This document shows, piece after piece, positions 1 through 10,542 of a stretch of DNA of 64,000 nt. The first letter of the stretch is position 1, and each line of letters begins with the position of its first letter. The notes below the pieces were generated by a model. The model did not search any database, was not told the DNA's origin, and was given only the letters and a program-made list of their open reading frames with translations. Source of the DNA: Agriterribacter sp. (lineage in GTDB: Bacteria; Bacteroidota; Bacteroidia; Chitinophagales; Chitinophagaceae); the NCBI RefSeq assembly GCF_035444585.1, contig NZ_DAOMOZ010000001.1, positions 1,618 to 65,617 on the forward strand. The letters are read 5' to 3'. The translations under genes were made by a program, and so were the position numbers.

Positions 1-61
1 GGCTATTTTGTACTGTTATTGCCATTTATTTTTGCTGTATTAAATTTAAAATATAGTAAAG

Positions 62-1171
62 ATGAAAAAGCTATTAACGCCTTTTACGAAAGGCAAACTC
101 GAATTAAAAAATCATTTGGTGATGGCTCCGATGACCCGCAGCCGTGCCATTGATAATCTTCCAAACGCACTGATGGCTTCCTATTACGGACAGCGAACCG
201 GAGCAGGCTTGATCGTAACGGAAGGAACTGCACCGGCTCCGGAAGCCTTGAGCTACCCAAGGATACCCGGCATATTCAGCCGGGAACAAGTGGAAGGCTG
301 GAAACCCATTACGGAAAAGGTGCACCGTGACGGAACAAAAATATTCGTACAGCTGATGCACACCGGCCGTATAGGACACGTGGATAATCTGCCGAAGGGC
401 TTTTCTTTGGTCAGTCCGACAGGCATCAAAGCAAACGGGCAAATATTTACCGACACCAAGGGATTGCAGGATTTTTCAGAACCGATTGCACTCACAAAAG
501 ACGGAATCAAACAAGTGAAAGACGGTTTTGTATTGGCTTCACAAAATGCTATCAAGGCAGGTTTTGACGGTGTGGAAATCCACGGCGCCAACGGATATCT
601 TTTGGAACAATTCCTGAATCCGAATGTAAATAACCGTAATGATGAGTATGGTGGAAGCGTAGAAAACCGCAGCAGGTTTACCATTGAAGTTGCCCGGGCA
701 ATTGCCGATGCCATCGGTGAAGAAAAAGCCGGCATTCGTTTTTCTCCTTTTTCAAAATTAGGCGATTTGGCACTTTATGATGAAGAGGAAACGACAGCAA
801 CCTATGCCTGGTTGGCCCAAAACTTAAATGAGTTGGACATAGCCTACCTCCATATTGCAGTCAATGCGTCCATTGGAGAAAAAACGTTTCGGGCGCTCAG
901 AAATAATTTTTCAGGAACCATTATCCTGAGCAACGGATTAACATCCGAAACCGGTGAAGCTGCTTTGCACGCAGGGTTCGCCGATTTGGTTGCCTTTGGT
1001 CGTTCTTTTTTGTCCAATCCCGATTTTGCAGAAAAAATAAAAAACGGGGAAACACTCAATCCGGTGGATTATGCTCATCTCTACACCCCGGGATCTTTAG
1101 GATACATCGATTATCCGGTCATCGAATCTTTAATAACCCAAAAAACAGTTCAAAATGAAATTTATCAATAA
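62..1171 (+). CDS. Old yellow enzyme family NADH:flavin oxidoreductase / alkene reductase (NemA-like)
   Basis: MAPMTRSRA, GFDGVEIHGANGYLLEQFL, RNDEYGGSVENR and ADLVAFGR motifs. Confidence 0.92.
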   Translation: MKKLLTPFTKGKLELKNHLVMAPMTRSRAIDNLPNALMASYYGQRTGAGLIVTEGTAPAPEALSYPRIPGIFSREQVEGWKPITEKVHRDGTKIFVQLMHTGRIGHVDNLPKGFSLVSPTGIKANGQIFTDTKGLQDFSEPIALTKDGIKQVKDGFVLASQNAIKAGFDGVEIHGANGYLLEQFLNPNVNNRNDEYGGSVENRSRFTIEVARAIADAIGEEKAGIRFSPFSKLGDLALYDEEETTATYAWLAQNLNELDIAYLHIAVNASIGEKTFRALRNNFSGTIILSNGLTSETGEAALHAGFADLVAFGRSFLSNPDFAEKIKNGETLNPVDYAHLYTPGSLGYIDYPVIESLITQKTVQNEIYQ

Positions 1172-1898
1172 AACAGCCGTCATCACCGGTGCAGCCGGCG
1201 GGATTGGCACAGCAATCACCCAACGCTTTTTAGACGAAGGAACACGAGTAGCAGCCGTAGATATCTCAACAGAAGCACTTGAAAAATTGGCTTCCAAAAT
1301 GGGGAATCCGGAAAATTTATTGCTGGCAAAAACCAATATCAGCAGTGAAGACAGTACGCAGCAATTGTACCAACAGATAAAAGACAAATGGGATTCGGTG
1401 GATATCATCATCAATAATGCCGGTTGGTTTCCTTTTTTAGAGTTTGAAAAAATGACTTATGGCGATTGGCGAAAAGTGATGGACATCAACTTGGATGGTG
1501 GGTTTCTGGTCATTAAAAGCTTATTGCCGATGCTCAAACAAAGTACCGCCGGCAGAATCATCAATACCGCTTCGGGCAGTTTTTTTGATCCACCGGTCGG
1601 GCAAGCCCATTATGTAGCTGCAAAGGCCGGTATCATCGGACTCACGAGAGCACTTGCCGTAGAATTGGGTGACTATAATATCACCGTCAATGCGATAGCT
1701 CCGGGATTGACGGCAACACCCATTGTGCTGCAATCCTTCCCCGGTGAGCTGATAGATAAATTAGCGGAGCACGGTGCCATCAAAAGACGGCAAACTGCAG
1801 AAGATTTAGTGGGCATTACAACCTTTTTAGCTTCCGAAGATGCCTCATTTATCACCGGTCAAACCATCAGCGTAGATGGCGGCAGAAGTTTTATTTAA
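1155..1898 (+). CDS. Short-chain dehydrogenase/reductase
   Basis: TGAAGGIG, NNAG, YxxxK (YVAAK) and C-terminal ITGQTISVDGG; overlaps the OYE stop. Confidence 0.92.
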   Translation: MKFINKTAVITGAAGGIGTAITQRFLDEGTRVAAVDISTEALEKLASKMGNPENLLLAKTNISSEDSTQQLYQQIKDKWDSVDIIINNAGWFPFLEFEKMTYGDWRKVMDINLDGGFLVIKSLLPMLKQSTAGRIINTASGSFFDPPVGQAHYVAAKAGIIGLTRALAVELGDYNITVNAIAPGLTATPIVLQSFPGELIDKLAEHGAIKRRQTAEDLVGITTFLASEDASFITGQTISVDGGRSFI

Positions 1899-1915
1899 TC
1901 AAAAAACAATTCGAA

Positions 1916-2692
1916 ATGAAAATAAAAATTGATAAAACCCAACGAATGGGAAGACAACGCGGCGGTTTCGGGATACAAATTCTGTATCCCGGCCTCAGTC
2001 TGCCGCAATCAACCGACACAGGATTTGCAACGATAGGTCGGATAGACCACGCCAGGATTTTACCCGGCGCCTTGATTCCGATGCATCCGCATATAGATGA
2101 TGAAATACTCACTTATCTGCGAAGCGGAAAGGTAAACCACCTTGATTCGGAAGGGATTAGCGAAACCATTTCCAATCATAAACTAATGCTGATGAATGCG
2201 GGAGTCAGCTTCTTTCACGAAGAATTGGTGTTGGAAGAAGGTGGAATCTTACAAGGGTTACAAATCTTTATCCGCCCGGAAAAAGCATCACTCCAACCCA
2301 AGGTTCAGTTTTTGGAATTGGATGAAGTTTATAGTATCAACCAATGGCGGAAAATAGCAGGACATAAAGAGGATGCACCGTTAACCATCAGAAGTCGAAC
2401 GCAGATATGGGACTTACGGTTGGAAAAAGGCAAACAAATAGAATTACCCGAACCATCGGATAGCGATATCGCCTTTCTGTTTTACGTGTTCTCCGGCAGC
2501 GTATCCCTGGATGGAAATATCATTTTAAAAACGGGTGACAGTATGTTGATTGAAAAAGAAAATCTACAGTTTTCAGCGATTGAAACCAGCAATATTGTAC
2601 TCTATGCCACCCAAACAACGTCGGCTCATTTCGATGGCGGAATGTACAGCGGTAATCAAAAGTTGTTGGTGAATAGTGAAAGCCTGTATTAG
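1916..2692 (+). CDS. Pirin-family bicupin protein
   Basis: MHPHxDDEILTY, MNAGxxxxHEE and LQIFIRP pirin metal-binding motifs. Confidence 0.85.
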   Translation: MKIKIDKTQRMGRQRGGFGIQILYPGLSLPQSTDTGFATIGRIDHARILPGALIPMHPHIDDEILTYLRSGKVNHLDSEGISETISNHKLMLMNAGVSFFHEELVLEEGGILQGLQIFIRPEKASLQPKVQFLELDEVYSINQWRKIAGHKEDAPLTIRSRTQIWDLRLEKGKQIELPEPSDSDIAFLFYVFSGSVSLDGNIILKTGDSMLIEKENLQFSAIETSNIVLYATQTTSAHFDGGMYSGNQKLLVNSESLY

Positions 2693-2701
2693 CTGTAGCC
2701 T

Positions 2702-3466
2702 TCAACCCCGCTTCACCCAACTCACTCCATAATACAGCAGCCGTTCTTCCATTTGTTTATACACTTTTTGTTTCAACATTTCTATATCGTTTAAAGTTAA
2801 GCCGCTTACCGCAATCTCTTTCATAAAAACTGCCCTGCTTTTGCCTGGTGTAAGGGTGAATGGTTTTCCATAAGGCATTCTGTTGTATACATCCAGGAAC
2901 AAAACGGGTTTAATGGGAGTTTGTGTTTCAATGGCTATGCGGAAGGCGCCATCAAAAAAAAACTTGAGCGCATTACCGGTTTCATTGAATGTTCCTTCGG
3001 GGAATATTAAGATGGAAATATGTTTTCTCAGCACAGCTTTTAACCTGCTTACACTTTTTAAGCGGTCTGCCGCATTGCTGCGGTTTACCGTTACTATAGC
3101 ATTTTTATAGATATAGCCAAATACCGGAATGCCGGCAGTTTCCTTTTTCCCTAAGGCACGTATGGGTTGCCGGTAGGCTTTTACAATTACAGCAGCGTCG
3201 AGAAAGGAAATATGATTGGTAACAAAAATATATGCCCTCTTTTTATCGTGCTGCGATTCATAAATATTCTTATGGACAATGCCTACCAGCGGGAACCATA
3301 TATCGCCCCACAACATGCAGATGCGGTATATAGCATTCCCGCCCTGTACAGGTCCCATAAAAGAAGCAATGAGCACAAACGGAAATACAATAAACATAAG
3401 CAATGCAAAGAGGAGCATTGCATATATATTATAGAGCCATAGCAGCGCTTTAACGGGCAGGGTCAT
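2702..3466 (-). CDS. 1-acyl-sn-glycerol-3-phosphate acyltransferase (PlsC family)
   Basis: NHISFLD and IFPEGT motifs; N-terminal TM helix. Confidence 0.9.
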   Translation of the reverse strand: MTLPVKALLWLYNIYAMLLFALLMFIVFPFVLIASFMGPVQGGNAIYRICMLWGDIWFPLVGIVHKNIYESQHDKKRAYIFVTNHISFLDAAVIVKAYRQPIRALGKKETAGIPVFGYIYKNAIVTVNRSNAADRLKSVSRLKAVLRKHISILIFPEGTFNETGNALKFFFDGAFRIAIETQTPIKPVLFLDVYNRMPYGKPFTLTPGKSRAVFMKEIAVSGLTLNDIEMLKQKVYKQMEERLLYYGVSWVKRG

Positions 3467-3691
3467 GACCGGTCATATTCTTGTTGTGATAAATAACGAG
3501 CTAATTGTAATATACGGTATCTTTTTGTGAGAGGTGACATAACAAAAGTAAAAAACGGATCGTTCCCTGAATGGTTTAAGCGGTACACGGGCATCTGTAA
3601 AAACAGTATATGCGAACAGACCTTTCTTTCACTTCTCTCTTTTTATCTCAGGCATAGGAATGCGGTACATTATCGTTAGCTGATCGTTATA

Positions 3692-4084
3692 TCAATTGCA
3701 ATTGCATTCCCATTCTTCATTCATATCTATACAGGTAATAACTGCCATTCCCCGTTTTGAAGGTGCAAAAACAATGCGTACGTGCTGACCATCATTCGTT
3801 ATCCCTTCCAGAGCATATTTGGGATCCGGTTTCGAATGCAGATCACTTTTACTGTAATTGATCTCTCCTTTTTGCAGTATCTCTTTTACTTCGGCATCGT
3901 CAATATGCCTGCAGCCCATTCTGCACCGGGCATGGCGCGTATAAATAAGTGGTTTGAGATTCCGGTTAAAGCTGCTGTCTTTTACTACACCCTGCCGGAT
4001 CGGATCATTGTGGTAATACAACCAGAGCAATGCGCAGCTTACCAGTAGTAAAATGACGTACCGGGTAAAACTTTTCTTTTTCAT
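3692..4084 (-). CDS. Membrane-anchored DUF4258-like protein
   Basis: N-terminal TM; YTRHARCRMxCR and YALEG...RIVFA...VITCID pattern. Confidence 0.6.
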   Translation of the reverse strand: MKKKSFTRYVILLLVSCALLWLYYHNDPIRQGVVKDSSFNRNLKPLIYTRHARCRMGCRHIDDAEVKEILQKGEINYSKSDLHSKPDPKYALEGITNDGQHVRIVFAPSKRGMAVITCIDMNEEWECNCN

Positions 4085-4085
4085 T

Positions 4086-4967
4086 TTAAGATATTATCAT
4101 GCCCATAACATCGGCAAGCGCAAGCAATTCCGTTTGCTTGTACAGATTGTCGCCGGTATCAAAACATTTGGCCAGTTCTTCCAGAAGAAACTGCAAAATG
4201 AGCCTGTGGTCCATTGGCTTGAAATAGGATGTAGTGATGGGGACGCCTATTTTTTTGAAATAATTTTCTACATCTTTATGCGTATATACGTGACCGTTCA
4301 TAGGGTCAACATAAAAATGTATATTATTGTTGTTTTCCTTTTTAGGATTAAAATAGTCGTAGGAAGTGTCAAAATACGCGAGCAGGTACTGGCGTGGGAT
4401 GTTAATTGCCTTTACGGGAATATCAAGGAGTCCGCATAGCAACTGGTATATGATACCGTTCATTATCGAATTGCCGCGTTTTGTTTCAAGCACTTTGTTG
4501 ATCAGGAATTCTTCGGGGTGCTGGTAAGAAACTTCAACACCTTTAAATTTATAATAGCTAAAGAAAATACGATTGATGATATTTACCTGTTCCAGCGCGG
4601 TAAGATAGCTGTTGAGTTCGAGCCAGATATTGCGTTTTATTTTTTCTATTTCCTGTAAAACCGGTGTGTCTGCCAGGTGGGGATACTGATATTTTGCCAC
4701 AAGCAATGCTCCTTCCAGCAGATCATGGTGCGTTGCTTTGGCATATCCTGAAATATCGGCCTGTAATTCATGAAAATGGAGCCGGTGGATGAGCAACTCA
4801 ATCTTTTCCTGGACCATTTCGTCAGGCGTGTTTTCCCATAACTGCTCCAGGTTGGGAATGATGGGCCTGCCGTAGCTCACGATCCGGTTGCTCACCGTAT
4901 CAAATACTTCATTGTCGGGATCATCTATAAGATGCAGCAAAGCGTTTATTTCACGGGTTTCTTCCAT
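4086..4967 (-). CDS. Transglutaminase-like (SirB1/Transglut_core2) protein
   Basis: ALLHLIDDPD N-terminus; INKVLETKRGN, INIPRQYLLAY and FYVDP segments typical of the family. Confidence 0.72.
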   Translation of the reverse strand: MEETREINALLHLIDDPDNEVFDTVSNRIVSYGRPIIPNLEQLWENTPDEMVQEKIELLIHRLHFHELQADISGYAKATHHDLLEGALLVAKYQYPHLADTPVLQEIEKIKRNIWLELNSYLTALEQVNIINRIFFSYYKFKGVEVSYQHPEEFLINKVLETKRGNSIMNGIIYQLLCGLLDIPVKAINIPRQYLLAYFDTSYDYFNPKKENNNNIHFYVDPMNGHVYTHKDVENYFKKIGVPITTSYFKPMDHRLILQFLLEELAKCFDTGDNLYKQTELLALADVMGMIIS

Positions 4968-5169
4968 GGGAACTACGAATAAGGTATAGACGCATGAATC
5001 TGTCTTTTATTGTAAAAGAATTTTGATAAATATCGGTTGTGCAAACGGATATCTCCTATTCTTTTTTTCCACAGCAGGTGAACAAACAGTAAAGGAAGCG
5101 TTAATGAAATGAAAATAGGGATAGATCCCGGTACATAATAGCCTGGTCATGAATTGTTGATCCTGTTAG

Positions 5170-6543
5170 CTAAAAGACGCCCGTATTATAATACATTAAC
5201 TTAATTGTATCGGCAGGAGTTGGCTTCCTGTTCCAGTGCGGATGTAGGGCAAGTGCCGTACCCAGGGCAGTTGCCTGTGCTACAGATGCGGCGTATACTT
5301 CTATACCCCGAAAGGCTTCTGCCAGCAAATGCATATACAGCGGGTTTTTGCCAAATCCCCCATCCACAAAGATCCTTTTTACGTTAGTGCCCTCCAGCAC
5401 CAGGTTGGTAGAACTGATCTGGCGACTGATGATATCGAGTATAAGCTGGTGATAGGCCTCTTCATAGTTGTTGAATGAGCTGAGGTCTCTTTCAGAAAAA
5501 GCCGTTATGGAAGACGCTTTTTTTGCAGGGGCTTCCGGCCGCGACCGCAATGCAGCAACAATATTTTTGTCAAATTGCACAGTAATATAATGGTCTGTGC
5601 CTTTGTTAAAATGTTCGGCCAGTCTTTTTATCTGCTGCTCATGTTCGTATCCTGCAAATAATCGCGAAGCTTTTACCGGAGCCCCACGATAGGTCATATA
5701 ACACAAACAATCCTGCTGCAGCTCTTCTACTGTAAGGGGGATATTATTGAATGGGTTAAAGCTGATGGACCACGTGCCGGTTGAGAGCAATATAAAGGGT
5801 TCCCTGAAATTGGTGAGATAGGGTATAAGTGCTGCAGAGCTATCGTGAAGGCCCACGCCTGCCACGATCTTCTTTCCTGAAAGCATTAGCGTTTTTACTT
5901 TATCTGAAGCAAAAACAGGTGGAAATTTACTTATCAGCCCTTCCCTGTACACCCATTCGTGATAATTGTTTTGCGGGAAATTCCACAGGTTGGTATGGCA
6001 GCCGATGCTGGTAATATCCGAACAGGCTTTGCCGGTAAGCAAATAACTGATGTATTGCGGAAGATGCAGGGAATATGCGATCTGGTCGAACACCGCTTTT
6101 TGCTCATATTTTAAGCGGTACAGTTGCATACCCGAATTTAAGCTGCCCAATACCGGGGAGGCTGTATGCATGGAAAGCATGATCTCTCCTCCATAACGGC
6201 TATAGAATTTCTTTTTTAGTTCTTCGGGATAGGGCTTAAGGTAATTGTACAAAGGCGTTAAAGGCTTTCCGTTCTTATCAATATGTACAAAACTGGCGCC
6301 GTAGGAAGTAAAATTAACAGCCACGATATTAAATTCCTTCAGCCCGGTTATTTCAGTGAACGACTCCCTGACCCATTGTGTAAGCAGTTCGAGGTTTTCA
6401 CACGGATAGCCATCCTCGTCTGTTGTTTCGGGAAGGGTGGCGTTTTTTTCGTATACTACTTCGTATGCTTCATTGAACAGAAATACTTTTTTGTTGGTTT
6501 TGCCAATATCGTAAATGGCAATAACGGGCAAACTGCTACTCAT
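5170..6543 (-). CDS. rhaB: FGGY-family carbohydrate kinase, probable rhamnulokinase
   Basis: DIGKTNKK, GLHDSSAA, LSTGTW and VDGGF motifs; last gene of the rha operon; start moved to MSSSLPV. Confidence 0.78.
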   Translation of the reverse strand: MSSSLPVIAIYDIGKTNKKVFLFNEAYEVVYEKNATLPETTDEDGYPCENLELLTQWVRESFTEITGLKEFNIVAVNFTSYGASFVHIDKNGKPLTPLYNYLKPYPEELKKKFYSRYGGEIMLSMHTASPVLGSLNSGMQLYRLKYEQKAVFDQIAYSLHLPQYISYLLTGKACSDITSIGCHTNLWNFPQNNYHEWVYREGLISKFPPVFASDKVKTLMLSGKKIVAGVGLHDSSAALIPYLTNFREPFILLSTGTWSISFNPFNNIPLTVEELQQDCLCYMTYRGAPVKASRLFAGYEHEQQIKRLAEHFNKGTDHYITVQFDKNIVAALRSRPEAPAKKASSITAFSERDLSSFNNYEEAYHQLILDIISRQISSTNLVLEGTNVKRIFVDGGFGKNPLYMHLLAEAFRGIEVYAASVAQATALGTALALHPHWNRKPTPADTIKLMYYNTGVF

Positions 6544-6650
6544 AACTGTAAAGGTAAGCGGTAGGGGGCTGAAAGACAAAAACCGGCGTGTAAAAAGAGT
6601 ATGCATGCGGAAGAGGGATCACTCCGCCAATTCCATCCAAACTGTCATTC

Positions 6651-6678
6651 ATTCGCTATTCACCATTCACTACTCACC
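6651..6678. repeat. Degenerate heptamer tandem (ATTCACY-like x4)
   Basis: attcgct attcacc attcact actcacc between the isomerase and kinase genes. Confidence 0.7.
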
Positions 6679-6696
6679 GCCGCTTCCATATTCTTC

Positions 6697-7971
6697 TTAC
6701 AGTCCGGTAGCTACCGTTTTTGTTCCCCGGTCTTTGATGAGTTGTTCGCGTATTTTTTCTTTGCGGAACAGGGCTACAGGATCCAATGCTGCTCCCGCAC
6801 GCAGCCTTGCTTCGGCTACTAAGGGGCGTACATCTGTACGGAAAGCATCCTGTAATATTTCCTGTGCCTTTACTACATCATTGTCGTGTCGGGCCTGCCG
6901 TAACGCGCTGCTATCGGTTAATAAAGCCTGCGCATAAGCAATGAGTATGGCCTCTACAGATTGTGCCAGATCTTCCAGCGGATCTTTTACATTGTGCGAT
7001 GCGTCAATCATCCAGCCCAGATCTGTGGCATGGTTCATTCCTTTGGCATCCATTCCCTCTACCAGCTCATTGAATATAAGAAAAAGCTGGTAAGGTTTAA
7101 TGCTTCCCGCAGTGAGGTCGTCATCTCCGTATTTGGAATCGTTGAAATGAAAACCGCCCAGTTTTCCTTCCATCAGTAAAAGTGAAACGATCTGTTCAAT
7201 ATTGGCGTTAGGCAGGTGATGCCCCAGGTCTACCAGTGTATATGCTTTATCACCCAGTTTACTGGTATACAAATACGATTGTCCCCAGTCGCCAACAGTA
7301 GTTGAATAGAAATTGGGTTCAAATGCTTTGTATTCCACAAATATCTTCCAGTTGTTCGGCAAGGCTTTGTAAATTTCCTGCAACCCGCTTAATGTGTTTT
7401 GAAATGCTTCCCTGAAATTGAGTTGTCCCGGAAAACAGGAGCCGTCGGAAAGCCATACGGTTAAAGAGGTTGAGCCCAGCTCTTCACCATAACGGATCAC
7501 TTCAATATTGTGATCAATTGCCTGGCGGCGAACTGCTGCGTTAACATTTTGCAGCGACCCGTACTTGTAGCTCAGTGGCTGGTTCGGCTGATCCTGGAAA
7601 GTATTGGAATTCATGGCATCGAACTGTAGCCCGTTCTGTGCCGCAAGGGCTTTGATATGCGAAGGATTTTCGGGGATATCCCATGGAATATGCAACGATA
7701 TGGCGCCGCTCGATCTGTTGAGGGCGTGCAGCAAACCAATGTCTTCAATTTTTTCTTCCAGGTTGCGGGGCTCACCGCCACCCGAAAATCTTCCAAACCT
7801 TGTACCCCCTGTTCCTAAGGCCCAGCTCGGGATGGCTACCTGGAAGTCTGTAAGCTTTTGCAGGATGCTTTCCGTTTTTTCAATAGTTGCTCTGCTATGC
7901 TCAAATTTGCTGCGATGCACTTTCAGCAAAGATTCGTTATGGCTTTCAATTTTATATTTTTCTATTTGCAT
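6697..7971 (-). CDS. rhaI: L-rhamnose isomerase (RhaI type, xylose-isomerase-like TIM barrel)
   Basis: PSWALGTGGTRFGRF, LHIPWD, EYKAFEP, DLGHH and FHFNDSKYGDDDL motifs; operon context. Confidence 0.88.
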   Translation of the reverse strand: MQIEKYKIESHNESLLKVHRSKFEHSRATIEKTESILQKLTDFQVAIPSWALGTGGTRFGRFSGGGEPRNLEEKIEDIGLLHALNRSSGAISLHIPWDIPENPSHIKALAAQNGLQFDAMNSNTFQDQPNQPLSYKYGSLQNVNAAVRRQAIDHNIEVIRYGEELGSTSLTVWLSDGSCFPGQLNFREAFQNTLSGLQEIYKALPNNWKIFVEYKAFEPNFYSTTVGDWGQSYLYTSKLGDKAYTLVDLGHHLPNANIEQIVSLLLMEGKLGGFHFNDSKYGDDDLTAGSIKPYQLFLIFNELVEGMDAKGMNHATDLGWMIDASHNVKDPLEDLAQSVEAILIAYAQALLTDSSALRQARHDNDVVKAQEILQDAFRTDVRPLVAEARLRAGAALDPVALFRKEKIREQLIKDRGTKTVATGL

Positions 7972-7981
7972 GATCTTATTT

Positions 7982-8296
7982 TTATTTCATGTAAAACACT
8001 TCTTTGAGCGGAATGCTTACAGGGGATTCGTCATCGTTTACGTCCATGATATCTTTCATGTAGTGCCACCAGCGTTTCATAACGTGTTGATGGGGCAATG
8101 CATCCATAGCGGCCGGGTCGCTGACCTGTAAATAACCAAACAAATTCCCTGTTGCTTTCTCTAAAAAAATTGAATATTCCTGTATGCCGCTTTCTTTTAA
8201 TAACGACTGCAATTCGGGCCATATCGCGTCATGCCGCTTTTGGTATTCCGCTTCAAAGCCGTTGTGCAGTTTCATTTTAAAGGCAATACGATGCAT
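7982..8296 (-). CDS. rhaM: L-rhamnose mutarotase
   Basis: EYQKRHDAIWPEL, YSIFL, WWHYMKDIM and EVFY motifs. Confidence 0.93.
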   Translation of the reverse strand: MHRIAFKMKLHNGFEAEYQKRHDAIWPELQSLLKESGIQEYSIFLEKATGNLFGYLQVSDPAAMDALPHQHVMKRWWHYMKDIMDVNDDESPVSIPLKEVFYMK

Positions 8297-8303
8297 ACAG
8301 GGG

Positions 8304-8328
8304 TTTGAGATTTGAGATTTGAGATTTG
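8304..8328. repeat. Heptamer tandem (TTTGAGA x3)
   Basis: tttgaga tttgaga tttgaga tttg read directly. Confidence 0.8.
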
Positions 8329-8394
8329 TACCTGTTGTTTGTAGTTTGTGAACCTTTCGGATTTCAAACTTGTTATTTGTTTCTTTTCGCCCTC

Positions 8395-10515
8395 CTATCT
8401 TACAAAAGCCATAGCAATGCCGCCATCAATATTCAGCACATTGCCGGTGGCCTTGTTCAATAGTCCGCCGGTAAAAGCAAAGCAGGCATTGGCTATATCC
8501 CCGGGCAGAATGATTTCATTCAGCAAGGTGCGTCTGGCATAAAAGGCCGGCAGTTCTTCAACCGTTATACCGTATGCTTTGGCACGTCCCTGTGCCCATG
8601 CGCCGGCCCATATTTTACTGTCGGAAATAACTGCATCGGGGTTTACCACGTTAACACGGATATGATCTTTCCCTAATTCAACGGCATTTAAACGGCTGAG
8701 GTGTAACTGTGCCGCCTTAGCTGAGCCATAGCCTGCATTGTTGGGTCCGCTCACCAGGGCATTTTTGCTTACAATATTGATAACATCCCCGCCCATATCC
8801 TGCTTGCGCATAATATTTACGCCTTCCTGTGTAATAAGGAACTGTCCTTTTACCAGTACATCATATAACAGATCCCAGTCTTTTTCTGTATGCTCTTCCA
8901 GTGGTTTGGAGATGGATAAGCCGGCACAGTTCACCACAATATCAACGCCGCCAAAGGCCAATGCCGTAGCTTTAAAAGCTTTGCGAATGGAGTTTGCGTC
9001 CGTAACATCCAATAGTTCTGTGGAAAAAACATCTTTACTGTAATAGGCTGCAAAATCTTTTTTTGCATTGGATAATCTATCCGCGTCGTTATCATTTACC
9101 ATAACCACCGCGCCTTCATCTGCAAACTTTTTAGCGATGGCTTTGCCAATTCCTCCTGCGCTGCCTGTTACCAGGGCGATCCGTCCCGATAACGCTTTGG
9201 GCTTTGGCATGCGCTGCAGTTTAGCTTCTTCCAGCAGCCAGTATTCAATGTTAAAAGCCTCCTGCCGTGGCAGGGAAGTGTATTCGGAAATGGCTTCAGC
9301 ACCTTTCATTACATTGATAGCGTTAATATAGAATTCGGCGGCTACCCTCGCTGTTTGCTTGTCTTTCGCAAAGGTGAACATGCCCACACCAGGGTATAGT
9401 ATCACCACCGGATTGGCGTCGCGGATAGCAGGACTATCGGCATGCCTGCATTTTTCATAGTATTCCGTATACATTTTGCGATAGTTCTCAAACTGCGGCT
9501 TCAGCTTTTCTTTTATGGCTGCAATATCCGTAAGGTTTTCAGCGGGAGTAAGATCCAGCACCAGCGGGCTGATCTTGGTCCTCAAAAAATGGTCGGGGCA
9601 ACTGGTACCCATGGGCGCTAATCTTTTCAGCTCATTGGAATTTATATATTCCAGTACCCTGTTGTCGTCTGTAAAATGACCGATCATCTTTACGTTGGAA
9701 GAGCAAAATCCCCTCAGCACCGGTGCCAAAAGAGCTGCTTTGTCGAGCCTTTCTTCCTTCGGCAGCGATTCCAGTCTGGCACCGCCAAAGACCGGTTTGT
9801 TTTGTATGTTCTCTTCGAGATAAGTTGCGCAGCGTTCAATCACTTCCAGCGTAGTGATATAGCTTTCAAATGCCGTATCGCCCCATGTGAACAAACCATG
9901 CGAACCAAGCATGATGCCTCGTATCCCCGGATTTTCATCAAGACATTTTTTTAATTTCAATCCAAGGTCAAAGCCCGGCCGCTGCCATTCTACCCAGCCA
10001 ATGGTACCATTAAAAAGTTCCTGTGTAATGCGTTTGCCGTCTTTAGCGGCGGCAATGGCGATAGCGGCGTCGGGGTGCAGGTGATCAATGTGCTTAAAAG
10101 GCAGAAAGCCATGCAGCGGCGTATCTATAGAGGGTGCTTTGGAACTGAGATCGAAAATGCAATGGTTAAAAAGTTCTACCATCTCATCTTCATGATCAAT
10201 ACCGCGGTACACATTGGTAAGACTTCTTAAACGTTCTACATACAAAGCCGCCAGCCCGCTTTTCTTCAAAGTGCCCAGGTCGCCTCCTGAACCCTTGACC
10301 CACATCACTTCTGTTTCCTTTCCTGTAAGCGGATCCTTAGCCATTGCTTTGCACGATGTGTTACCGCCGCCGTAATTGGTTAACCGGAGATCGGCGCCTA
10401 ATAAATTGGAACGATAGATCAGTAAGCCCACTTCATCTCCTGCAAGCGCTGCAGCTTTTGCATCATCCCATAAATAACTCACATGCTTAAATTCATTTGT
10501 TGTAACAGAAGGCAT
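8395..10515 (-). CDS. Bifunctional rhamnulose-1-phosphate aldolase / short-chain dehydrogenase (RhaEW type)
   Basis: Class II aldolase half (YGGGNTS, KGSGGDL, PSIDT, HLHPD, SCPDH) fused to an SDR half (TGSAGGIG, YGSAK, VNPDAV). Confidence 0.92.
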   Translation of the reverse strand: MPSVTTNEFKHVSYLWDDAKAAALAGDEVGLLIYRSNLLGADLRLTNYGGGNTSCKAMAKDPLTGKETEVMWVKGSGGDLGTLKKSGLAALYVERLRSLTNVYRGIDHEDEMVELFNHCIFDLSSKAPSIDTPLHGFLPFKHIDHLHPDAAIAIAAAKDGKRITQELFNGTIGWVEWQRPGFDLGLKLKKCLDENPGIRGIMLGSHGLFTWGDTAFESYITTLEVIERCATYLEENIQNKPVFGGARLESLPKEERLDKAALLAPVLRGFCSSNVKMIGHFTDDNRVLEYINSNELKRLAPMGTSCPDHFLRTKISPLVLDLTPAENLTDIAAIKEKLKPQFENYRKMYTEYYEKCRHADSPAIRDANPVVILYPGVGMFTFAKDKQTARVAAEFYINAINVMKGAEAISEYTSLPRQEAFNIEYWLLEEAKLQRMPKPKALSGRIALVTGSAGGIGKAIAKKFADEGAVVMVNDNDADRLSNAKKDFAAYYSKDVFSTELLDVTDANSIRKAFKATALAFGGVDIVVNCAGLSISKPLEEHTEKDWDLLYDVLVKGQFLITQEGVNIMRKQDMGGDVINIVSKNALVSGPNNAGYGSAKAAQLHLSRLNAVELGKDHIRVNVVNPDAVISDSKIWAGAWAQGRAKAYGITVEELPAFYARRTLLNEIILPGDIANACFAFTGGLLNKATGNVLNIDGGIAMAFVR

Positions 10516-10542
10516 ATTTTTTAATTTAGTGTTTTAATAAAT

